DNA of 63,686 bases, counting the filler, from Cirrosporium novae-zelandiae (Eukaryota): NCBI GenBank assembly GCA_026023565.1. It is 14 parts of 14 records of this genome, joined end to end, with 100 filler letters (N's around TTAATTAATTAA, not from the genome) between each part and the next. Parts side by side here need not be neighbours in the genome. Positions count along the whole stretch, not along the records: positions 12,726 to 15,455 come from JAPETS010000104.1; positions 15,556 to 18,023 come from JAPETS010000105.1; positions 18,124 to 20,444 come from JAPETS010000106.1; positions 20,545 to 22,730 come from JAPETS010000107.1; positions 22,831 to 24,972 come from JAPETS010000108.1; 9 more parts are not named here. One strand, 5' to 3'. This document shows positions 13,261 through 23,919 of this stretch, piece after piece; the first letter of the stretch is position 1; every line of letters starts with the position of its first letter. The notes under the pieces were generated by a model. It was not told where the DNA came from, searched no databases, and worked only from the letters and a program-made list of their open reading frames with translations. A program made the translations under genes and the position numbers.

Positions 13261-13525
13261 ACTAAGTCAGGTCTAGATATGAAACAAAATCAAATAGATA
13301 GAAGATATTTCATAAAAACAATATATATGTGGTTGTACTAGCTATACCCCGCCCGTGGCAGAAAACTTTCGTTTATATAAGACTATAGTCCCAGTCTAGA
13401 TGGACAAAACTTACTGGCCTGATAAGCAACATGTTTAACGGTATTAAAAAGAGAACTAGATAAAAATAAAAAGGCAAATTGTTACAGGATAGATACATCT
13501 GGATTCTAGATGAGCCAATTATTTG

Positions 13526-15455
13526 TTATTCTTTAAATTCCAGCAGTAGGCGGGGGTCAATTGGAATCGAATCCATCGAGATATCAGTTAGGGGTGATTC
13601 AGCCATAGAAGGCGATCCGGGTATACTCTGGATATCATTCTCAATAGAAGAACAGGATTCTGACATGGAAGAAACTATATCAGGAGTGGGGGTATATGAC
13701 AAAGTGGTGAAATTATCTGGATAATACGGCATCGTCTCAGAAAACCCGCTTTCAGTCATAGTGGCCAGAGAGGGTCTGGGACCAGGATTATGCGATTGAT
13801 CGACAGAGGATGAGCTTGAAGCAGAGCTCATGTTTTTTTTGTTCAACATAAGGGCGATCCTTCGACTCCTTCTCGGTTTCGGAAGTTCCGAATCAGGAGC
13901 TGAATTTTCAGATGATGGCTTTTCCCGCCGTTTCCGCTTCCGTGTTGGCTCCACGGGAGCATGATCGAAGATCTCTTCCGGGATAGAAGCTGGTGTAGTC
14001 TCATCCTGTTTCGGCTCGTGTTGTTGGGCACCCCAACGCTGTCGCAGGCCGTGGACATCACTGAGATGATAGCGAAATGATTGTTCGTCGACGACCTGGC
14101 AATCACATCGAGGGTGAGGACAGGAAGCGGGCCATCGAGACTGAATAGTTTGAAGATGCTGATTCAGATGTTTCCATAAGTCACCACTTCGGGTCCACGA
14201 TTTCATCCGAGACGCTGCAGGGATATTCTCGTCCCCCAAACAGATGGGACAGTATGCCGGACGGATGAGAGTGTGGCAATAGGTACTAACTTCACACCGC
14301 CGAGTAATGGTCGAAGAAAGATGCTCTCGGCAATGAGCTTCCCATTGGTTTTCCTCGTGGTACCACTGGAAACACTGAAAGCAGTAGTGCAGCTCACATT
14401 CCGGACAACCATGTACGACAGCAAATTCCCGGCGCCGGCAAGAATGAATATGGCTACTGCGGCGAGAGCGCGCAATACTACGACTGTCAGTCTGGAACGG
14501 ATCTCTGGGTTGATGACAACGTTACCGGTCTAATGAAAGGCCACACCCGTTCACCGGACAGGTTCCCTGGGAGGGTTGTTCCCCTGGCCGATATATAACA
14601 TCGAAATTTCGAACACAGAGAGAGAGCAAATCTTGTGTGGTTTGTAATTTCTCCTCGGAAGATAGTCTCTTCTCCGAGTTGATTGTCATAGCTAGCCGCT
14701 TACGTTCGGGCATAAGCAGGTAAAGGTCTTCGACAAAATCCGTATTGACAAAATCATCAGGAGGGCCGGTCGTAAAAGACAGCACCTCCCTTTCCAACCG
14801 AGTCCGAATCCATTTCTGGCGGTACTGCTTCAGGGCCTCTGGCTCAAGACGCGATTGATAAACAAAAAGTTGTTTTTTGGCTGTAGAGATGACACATTTA
14901 TCGGAATTTTTTTCGACCAATTGCTGGAGCTGCCGCCTGAGATCGAGCAAGTCCGGATCCTGTGAGAGAGCTGCCTTCCGTTCGGCAGGCAAATGGCAAG
15001 GCAAACCGATCTGACGATATTTGCCGACACTTTGAAGATGTTTGATATGTTCTGTGTTGGGTACACCATCAACAAAGATTGCCTGTGCATCGACAGATGA
15101 AAGATGCGCGATATACTCATTACCAAAAAGGTTGGGGTCTTTGTGGGTTAAAATCTGTGACCGCTCTGATTCCGTGGCAACCTCTATGAAATTCATTCAT
15201 TAATAAAACTTCTAGCGGAAAAAAAAAAAAAAAACAATAGCAACAGAACTCATTAGAAATAATTGTTCTAAGCTAGAAAAAAATCACACTTACTATTAAC
15301 CTTATTTGCAAGACCACGACGGAGAGTGTGAATGGTGATATTCTCATAGTATCCGGCGTTACGGATTATAGCTCGGAATAGACGACAAAACGTTTCACGG
15401 TTCATCGCTTTTGTATCAGAGGCACCATTGGCCATAGTAACATTTCGCAGGATAG
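13526..15455 (-). CDS. DUF3435-type tyrosine recombinase (Starship captain-like), 3' part, apparently intact
   Basis: HxxR (HTLRR), then H (ILTHKD) and Y (FGNEY) in tyrosine-recombinase order; VDAQAIF; C-terminal YCFQCFQW..HC..HL, CPICLG and CPHPRC..HL.DVH blocks; two GT-AG introns. Confidence 0.75.
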
Positions 15456-15555
15456 NNNNNNNNNNNNNNNNNNNNNNNNNNNNNNNNNNNNNNNNNNNNT
15501 TAATTAATTAANNNNNNNNNNNNNNNNNNNNNNNNNNNNNNNNNNNNNNNNNNNN

Positions 15556-18023
15556 GGGTTGGGTCATCCATACAGAGCCTTGTTGAATCTGCTCCCAACT
15601 AACAATTGTTTCACGCCTTGACCAAGTTATGCTTAATCCTCCAGTACAAATGCTAGCTGCAGCTCCACTGCGTGTTCTTCGTCACTATGACTCGGTAGTA
15701 ACTTGACTGGATCTACAAAGATAGGTTTCCCCGATGCGGTGGCCGTCCTGTAATTCAACTGCTCCACACTATGTTTGACTTTGGCTTTCACGTACTCGTC
15801 ATTCATATCTCTTATATCCATTTTATTCCTCTTGCCTCCCACTCTCGAAAGCCTAAGAATCCCATCCGGATTATCACCTATTCACATACAAGCCTTGCTG
15901 GAAGCCGTCTGGTAATCATACACCACTCTACCTTCCATTCTCACACTACTGGGAATACTCTCTTTTCTCTCCCCCAGTCATCACCGAAGTGCATGGGATA
16001 CGAGATCCAATAGTATTTCACTTCAGCTTATTAGTTTCATTATTCTTGACCCCAATATCTGCGTCATGTAATCTGTTCAGTATTTGGTCATTAATCAGGA
16101 GTCTTTCCGGATCTCTCATTTTCAACCGATATCTTTCGCTTCTTCTATTCCAAAGTCATAGTTCTTGCCGACGATTTTGTTGATCTCGGCTAGCGTTACT
16201 TCTCCGTTGATATCTAGTGATCCGGCGTCGTTTTTAAGTATCCCTTTGTCCATGTCCAGTTCTGAGCCCAGCCATACTAGTCGGTCTGTTGCAACCTTCG
16301 ATTTTTGTAGAGAGATGTGGATTCCCGTTCCTAGTAATACCGATGATATTCTCCGGTGTTCCTCTGCTAGCCTTTTTGGAGTGGCCTTGTCCACTGCCAC
16401 AATTAGGTCATCTGCGTACATAACACAGTCATCATTCAATACTCCGGAACGTTCTACTACTCAGGAACATAGTAGAGGTGCCCATGGAGAACCTTGGGGA
16501 AGTCCCCATTTTCTCACATGATACTGTACCACATTACCTATTATAGAATATTGCTCCTCTATTTCTCCTTCTCCTTGTCTGAATCTCTCGCTCTTGTCTT
16601 TCATTATCGGGAAGGATACTTGAACTAGTAAGTTTATGTACGATGCCAGTGCCGGATTGACTGCATCTAGCCCGTCCTTTACTGCTCTAGGGCTTACCCT
16701 GTTAAAGAATTTCTCTAAGTCTATGCTCAGAAATTCCTTCCCTTGCTTATACTTTTCAATTATCTCCATCCAGGCTGTCCCTATACCTTTCCCTCTTTTG
16801 AAACCATGTTGTTGCTGGACTCTTTCCGGGCTAATTCACATTTCCAGGTAATCATTTAACATTTTACCCCAGATTCTTCATGCCAAACGTGGAGCTCCAA
16901 TCGGTCTCATCTTTCCGTTTGGTTTGGGCACATAGATTCTATATGTCACCTGGGGGGCTACTCACCTGTTTATAATAATGTCTAGTTCTGCCATTATATT
17001 TTCTAGTCTTTCTAGACTACAGTTATAATATCAGCCCGAAATGACCTTATTCAGATAGTATGTCCGGTAGGCTCGCGAATATCTACTTAAGGTTTGAAAG
17101 ACCACGTTAGCGGTCTTATCATCTCCTTTCTGAACCAGTTTCCTAAGCCTTCTCTCTTGATGTGACAGGTATCTATTCCCTCTGCTTTTCTTACGACCTC
17201 CTCGACCAACTAGGATGTCTGGTATATGCCAGACAAGTCGATCACACTGCGAGTTTGAGGGTTCCCTACCCGGTTCGATCTTACCAGAAGTTTTGTCTCT
17301 TTGCTCTACGTTCATCAGTCTTTAAGGTGTATAAATTGCAGGTTCATTTGTTTTCGACCTGTATGCCCTATATGCCACCTAGGTATTTAATGCTTGGCTT
17401 CGCCGCCGGTCGTCTTCTCTGCAGCACCCCGGCTTCCTAGTCACTGACCTCCTCTTGTCTCTTATTTGAGTTGCACTTACTCCTTCTTTAAGATTGGTTC
17501 GACCCTAGCTTCTAACTTAGTGAGGAATTGTTTATTCAATCCTTTCATTGCTCCATATCCCGTGAACCCAAGCGCGGGGTATCGCACATTATTGGCTATT
17601 GAAAGTCGATTATCTTTTGGAAGTAAAGCTGTATCACGTCAGCAATTTAATACACCGGCAAAGTACCTATCTTTGTCGGGCGGTTTGGTCTATTGAAACG
17701 CCGTAGTTCCTTCATGGAATCAGGCTGTGACCACGTTGATATTTATGTCTCGATCCCGGTTGTTCTCGAGGCAATTTATCGAAGAGGCAATTTAATCAAG
17801 AACCGGTGGACCATGAGGCTCAATTGGGTCGCCTACGCAAGTAGTGCGACATATTGGGCCTTTAATCCACCCGGCAATGCGGTTTTGGTACTTAGATCGC
17901 GGCCGTGGGTTCCTCGCAATCCTTTCCTTGTTTCGTTTGTGCCGTTTTCACGGTACTCTCGAAATTTTGGAAATTTTTTCTGAATTAAAATTTCAGAAAT
18001 TTTGGATTTACGGGAAATCTCAC
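15556..18023 (-). mobile_element. Putative mitochondrial retroplasmid (2468-bp contig)
   Basis: A single code-4 RT ORF fills most of the contig, with a structured non-coding leader, no host genes and no RIP damage. Confidence 0.82.
15633..17315 (-). CDS. Retroplasmid-type reverse transcriptase, 560 aa, mould mitochondrial code (TGA=Trp)
   Basis: Manual translation gives ATG 17315 to TAA 15633 in one frame with 13 TGA and no TAA/TAG. Motifs: YRIYVPKPNGKMRPIGAP.LAWRIW, QHGFKRGKGIGTAW, SIDLEKFF, GLPQGSPWAPLL, YADD, ISLQKS, WLG. Confidence 0.93.
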
Positions 18024-18123
18024 NNNNNNNNNNNNNNNNNNNNNNNNNNNNNNNNNNNNNNNNNNNNTTAATTAATTAANNNNNNNNNNNNNNNNNNNNN
18101 NNNNNNNNNNNNNNNNNNNNNNN

Positions 18124-19880
18124 CTATTTGCAAAAGACCATGGCTTCCAACCTCCAAGTTGCCGACGATGCTTTACCACACCAAATAAACCAATACATGG
18201 ATCGGTCAGTAAACGAAAACTAGATATAGGCATCAAATATGACCTAAAAAGTGGAGATCAAGATTGGCAAGAGGAGCCCGGAAATGATGAAAATGAGTTG
18301 AGTGCAGATTGGTCCAAGATTCTTGTGCCTGGAGAGCTGAAATCTAATCCCCAAGAAGACAATCACAATGGCACCTGGTTAGATCTCACTCGATATGTTC
18401 GAGAAATATTTAATGCACAGGATACACGCCGATTTGTCCTTGGCTTTACTTTTTGCGGATCATTGCTACGACTATGGGAATTTGATAGACTTGGAGGAAT
18501 CGCATCTCCATCGTTTGATATCCAGAAAGATGGTATGAAATTGGTATCTGTCATGTTGGGCTATCTGTGGATGAATGAAGAAGAACTGGGGTTTGACCCG
18601 AGTGTCTCCCGAGAAAATGACACCAGATATCTCGAAATTTCGAAAAATAACCAAACGGAGCGGTTGTGTCTACAAATATTGATAATGCGCCACGCTGCCG
18701 TGGTCGGTCGAGCAACGACCTGCTGGAAAGCTCATCTCAGTAAAGACAAAATGCAGATTCTGGCAGTCAAGGATTCTTGGCAATACGAGGAACGACCGGA
18801 GGAGGGTCTGTTGTTGAAGAAAGCAACTGAACTCGGAGTGACTAATGTGGCACGATATTATTGTCATGAAACTGTGTACGTGGGAGGTGCTGTTGACGAC
18901 ATCCGCCATAATGTGCGAAAAGGGTTAAAAGAAGAAGATGGGAGGAGTGCATTCCGACAGCGACGGACGATCAAATCCGAAACTATTATAGGATCTATCA
19001 CGCCTGGAGATTCAATGATAGAGAGATTCAAGAGCAACAGCAGCAGCAGGAGCAGAAGTATCACCCGAAAACGGTTATCAAGCTCGCTCCAAATATCTAT
19101 GCCACCGCCCCCAAAACGTTCATGTTCAACCTCTCCGGTCAAACAAGACCGAGCCCGACCGCAACAGAATCGTGTCCATCGTCGTGTGGTGATGCGTGAT
19201 ATTGGGAAGAGCATCTACTTAGCCAGCTCTCGAGTGGCGACGCTTAGAGGACTACTGGGGGCGATTAGAGGTAAGTATATAAAAAATATTTCATAGCTTC
19301 ACTAATGGGTTTAGGACATGAATCACTGTTGGATGTCCATATTCTTCATCGCGATATATCAGCTGGCAATATTATGCTGAATAAGGCAGAGGATGACGGG
19401 TTTTTAATCGACCTGGACCTTGCCATTGAAACCAATCGCAAAGAGGCGTCGGGTGCACCGACTAAAACCGGCACCAAGATTTTCATGGCGATCGGTGCAC
19501 TTTATGGTGAACAGCATAGTTTCGTACATGATTTGGAATCGTTTTTCTGGGTTCTATTCTGGATCTGTGTTCATTGCGTCGAGCCAGGGGGGAAATACCG
19601 GAAGACCGAATTCGAATCTTGGAATTACACGCCAATCGAGAGGCTTGCAAGAGAAAAAGCAGGCCTTGTAACCCAAGAAATGGACTTTGTTAGGATCATG
19701 AATGAGGATATTACGGACTACTGCAAACCTTTTGTCCCATGGCTTACGGAACTACATCATGCTGTCTTTCCCAATTATCAAAGGCGGACAAGTGAAGATC
19801 GAAGTTTGTATTCTATGATGAAAATGGTCCTTCAGCAGGCTCTGGATGACCCAGAGGTTCAGGCTCAATGGGTTCCGTGA
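18124..19880 (+). CDS. FunK1 (Pkinase_fungal) kinase, 3' part, intact copy; intron 19271-19314
   Basis: AVKDSWQYEERPEEG, HRDISAGNIML, IDLDLA, GTKIFMAIGAL, HDLESFFWVLFWIC; no stops. Confidence 0.92.
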
Positions 19881-20289
19881 GCCCGATCAGATGTGATTAT
19901 ACAGTGACTACGATAATCTAGGATCTTTAATTAATTGGATTAAACATATTGTTCGACTTCTGACACTGGAGCCCAGCCAACCTAATATATTCGGGGTTTA
20001 GTTTCAACTATATAGCTGTAATGGAATGGGCCTTTGATGAGGAAATGATGACGAAGACTGGTAGACTTAGCTTTCTAGAAGTTCTTTGTAAATTTCACAC
20101 GCCTCTTTTATCACCTGCTCTCTTGCTGGACTATAATTTTAGGTGCCAGCGAATACTGTTTTCTTATTCATTTTGCCTATCCTGCTCTACTCTATAGCTC
20201 TTTCAAAGCCTATCGATGCCTCGAAGTTCTCAGCGACTGAAGACGAGTTGACGCATTGAATATTATAATTTTGGGGGACATTTTGCATA

Positions 20290-20440
20290 CCATGGGGAAC
20301 AGAACGCCCATGGGGAACCACATCCCCGGTGGGATGCGCTACCGCGTGGTGATTATCGCCCATGTGGGAGGCAAATCCCATGAGGGTTGCAATTCCTTAT
20401 GGGATCAGGTAGCCTGTGGGATTTGTGGCCCATAGGGTAG
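20290..20440 (+). repeat. Degenerate 17-18-bp periodic array with palindromic CC(C)..(G)GG cores
   Basis: Cores at ~20290, 20307, 20324, 20341, 20359, 20377, 20396, 20413 and 20429; the first two read CCATGGGGAAC. Confidence 0.6.
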
Positions 20441-21644
20441 GAAGNNNNNNNNNNNNNNNNNNNNNNNNNNNNNNNNNNNNNNNNNNNNTTAATTAATTAA
20501 NNNNNNNNNNNNNNNNNNNNNNNNNNNNNNNNNNNNNNNNNNNNACCCCACAACCCCCCCCCCCCCCCCCCCCTTCCTTTTACCACCACACCCAAAAACA
20601 AACCAAAAGCAAATGATTAAAAGTTTTTAACCCTGACTCATCAATATATGATGATCAAAAAAACGCAACAACTAAACACTCTAATTTTTTAATGATGCTC
20701 TTAAATGTTTATCCTCTTTTGAATGATACTGGTTTTCTATTTCATGTGGACTGTGTGGGCTAATGACTTGTGTCTTTGGAAGGTGATGGTGGTATTTAGG
20801 GCTGAATTCCTTTTTTGAAGATTCAGAAATAGAAGAAGAGGGGGGAGAGATGTACTGTACGTAGTCTACGAAAGAATACTATGGGATGGGGATAGTTCCT
20901 ATTACAGATGGACTTGGACCTTGAATATATAGATTCTGGATTTAAAGGAAATCGACGTTGGTATTTCAACATGACAAAACACACGTAATATTTAGATAAT
21001 AAACATCCAAGACTCCCCAGTCTTTTTTTCGGATATATATTCTATTGCCCGGGCTAGGGCTTCAAGAACAGAACCGATTAGCAGGAATCCGGAATTATAG
21101 TAAAGTCTTCTTCGATTCTATCGTTGTTAACCCAGCATTTAGCATATACCTACAGGCACCTTAATAGGCACATTTATCGTGGAGCGGAAGATAGCTTTCA
21201 GTGAGGCAAGGAGACCCCAAGTCGACGACGTCAGTGGCTAGGATTGTCAACTTACCTAGGTAGTTTATGCTAAATAAGTTAAAACTATCAATGATTGATA
21301 ACGGGAACAACGGCTTCTGGAGTACCGAATAAAGCAGTCTACTAGGTATTTTTTCTCTGTAGATAGGATACTACAGTTTTAACGGCATCATAAATTCCAC
21401 AAACCCTTTCTATTCGGGTGCCTTGTTTACTATATACTCGAGTAAATCTTGGCGTTCCCAATATCAACATCAGGCGTGTCAAGGAAAGGCAGTTTCAAAA
21501 TTGTGAACACAGACCGCGTTGTAGGTCAAATAGCAACTGTCAAACTTTACCGCTAGGCATCGGTAATAGGCATGGATACCTCAGCTTGAGCTGGAAGCCT
21601 GTATACAGTTTCCATTGAAAGCTTGAAAAAAAAAATTGCACAGG

Positions 21645-22730
21645 TTAACTTAAGGATATTAGAAGATATATGTTTAGACCCTCCTTTTTGTCAATCATCA
21701 CCTCTATGGCGGAGACGAAATGAAGCCCCGACTTAAATTCTGGAAGGTTGATTGGTTTAGATACCCCTAGATTTAGCCGCCAGAGAATACTCGTTATAAA
21801 GCGGGATTCGCCTAGAACTCCATCCAAGTGGTGTTTTAAACCAAAATTACAATTCAAGGGAACAAAGGCTTGAATAGGTTTTTCATTCAATTGATGTTTA
21901 AGCTAACCATGCTTCCTTCGCTTTAGCCCCTCCAAGTCCAGCTCGTCCTCCAAATCCTCCCCCAGTTGCATCGACGGAAGTCGCAAGCTCCTATCCCTAG
22001 AAAAAGAATCATCGTTCGGGTGAGTTGTCGGATCCCATATAAAAGTTTGGCGTCTGCGTCTCTGTGGAACCTCGGTCCTTTGGCTCGATTGCTGTGGACT
22101 TTGTTGACTTGCACTTGCCCTGATATCCCCCCCCAAACGATCTGCTTCTCTCGATGAACCTTGATGGAACCGATCCCGAGCAAGCTCCAAATCCTTTAGA
22201 GTGATTGCTTGTAGTTTTGCAGTCCGGATGTATTTCATATTCTCGACTCGGTTTTCTCTAGCATCTAAAACAGCCTCTTGAACCACCTCTTTTTCTACTC
22301 CTGTCATAGACTTCAAAACTTCCAGCATTGCCCTTGACCAGTGTTCAGGAGCATGTTCAGAGAAAAGGTCCTCGGGTCTGCAATTCCATGCACTATGTAC
22401 TTCTTTGATGGCTCTTAGCCCGCGAGTATCAGACTTCTCAATCGATGGCAACACAGATCCGGCTGGGCTATCCTATATGCACATTTTAGAAAGATGATCA
22501 TATCAATTTAATTCCAAGAGTTTAGATCATACCCTTTGTTGCCTTTGATTCCTTTGGAGATCTGTCATGGTCTGCGACTGTAGAAAATCCTGTCTCTGCT
22601 GCTGCTCCTGCTGCTCCTGCTGCTCCTGCTGCTCCTGCTGCTCCTGCTGCTCCTGCTGCTCCTGCTGCTCCTGCTGCTCCTGCTGCTCCTGCTGCTCCTG
22701 CTGCTCCTGCTGCTCCTGCTGCTCCTGCTG
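21645..22730 (-). CDS. Hypothetical intron-containing protein with N-terminal QQE repeat, partial
   Basis: 183-aa open exon (21903-22454) linked by a plausible intron to a QQE-repeat exon; no recognisable domain. Confidence 0.4.
22597..22730. repeat. 9-bp tandem repeat (CTGCTGCTC)n
   Basis: Perfect 9-mer array running to the contig end. Confidence 0.95.
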
Positions 22731-23422
22731 NNNNNNNNNNNNNNNNNNNNNNNNNNNNNNNNNNNNNNNNNNNNTTAATTAATTAANNNNNNNNNNNNNN
22801 NNNNNNNNNNNNNNNNNNNNNNNNNNNNNNTAAGATTATTGATACATACCGGTTTGTTCTGGATATAAGGTTTTCGATATCCTTTGGATTTTTGGCTGGG
22901 CTCCAACCACGTGCATCATTTGGAGTATAATTCGCATCACTTTTGTCAAGTTCAATTATTTTTTTTTTCAAGATTTTTAGATCTACAGCCAGTGAAGGGA
23001 ATAGACCAGACCAGACCGGTCTGATTATTGCGTTGTCGAAAATATTAGGTCCAGGCCATGGAAAAACTTGATTACAGGAGACCACATGTGAGGAAACATC
23101 AAAGAAAGATTAACAATGGTTTGTAGGAGCATAGGAAATATTAATCAAAATCTCGGGCATAATTCAACATGATAATATCTAAGCTTCTCTAAATAGAAGA
23201 CACAATCATATATTCGGACTAACAATCTCGGATAGTGAAAAGAGGAAGATTATAGGAGATATCAGCTCCAAAGAAGCAAATGGAAGCCCAGCTCGGCTGT
23301 AATTTCTGGGAGATTGAGATAGCAATTGATATCAGGGTCTGAAATTATAAAATGGTGCTACAAAAGTGAAGACATTGTTCTACTTCGATAGAATACATAT
23401 TAATATAGCTCATAAACCAACG

Positions 23423-23919
23423 ATGGTATCTCTCAATCTTGGGTCTTCTGGTATGAATGGTTTTGAAAGCTTCTTTAGCATCCACTTACACTTGCAGATA
23501 AGTTCAAACGCTGTCCAAGGCGTGTGCTGTCACCCACCTTAAGACGTGCCCTGCTAGGTTTTCCACAGCCCGAGCGCCCACTTGCCCAAATTCCTACAGG
23601 CCCCACGCTATACGCAATCAACTTACCCGAGGAAATTACTGTTGGAAAAGAAGTCGAGATCACCATCGGTATTTCGGGCTTTAAGGATAATAAAGATGTA
23701 GCGGACTTCTGGATTAAAATATCACCAAAAGGAAAATCTGAATCAAAGAAACGATATGATAGTATTGATCCAAACGCGAATGGAGGTCGACAGGTAACAG
23801 TATGGTTCAAACTATTGAAAGTGGGCCTTATTACCGTTGAGGCAGCATTGTTCTACGGGAAAAAAATATTAGTTTGCCAAACGATTGGTACAGTCCGTGT
23901 GTTGGGATTTAGGAATTAA
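23423..23919 (+). CDS. Small hypothetical protein, beta-rich C-terminus; intron 23451-23497
   Basis: ATG 23423 and a GTATGA...CAG intron join in frame with ORF 23524-23919. Confidence 0.45.

Noticed and set aside
15633..17315. RT as a decayed nuclear pseudogene or LINE
   Set aside because: All 13 interruptions are TGA with no frameshift or TAA/TAG, unlike RIP damage; no endonuclease domain is visible.
17312..17318. CTGATGA hammerhead core overlapping the RT start codon (minus strand)
   Set aside because: No properly placed GAAA or stems I-III could be built.
17400..17582. VS, hairpin or twister ribozyme fragments (GGTCGTC, TGCAGCAC, CAGAGAAGAC, CCCAAGC loop)
   Set aside because: Isolated words in the wrong order or lacking their partner strands; needs a covariance-model search.
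17901..17956. HDV-like ribozyme (GGT-TCCTCGCA-ATC resembles P3/L3; GCCGTG/CACGGT could be P2)
   Set aside because: No P1 partner for CTTTCCT, no GG for P1.1 and no catalytic J4/2 motif.
17466..17983. Plus-strand ORFs and a ~70-codon minus-strand frame in the RT leader
   Set aside because: No convincing start or similarity; better explained as structured non-coding sequence.
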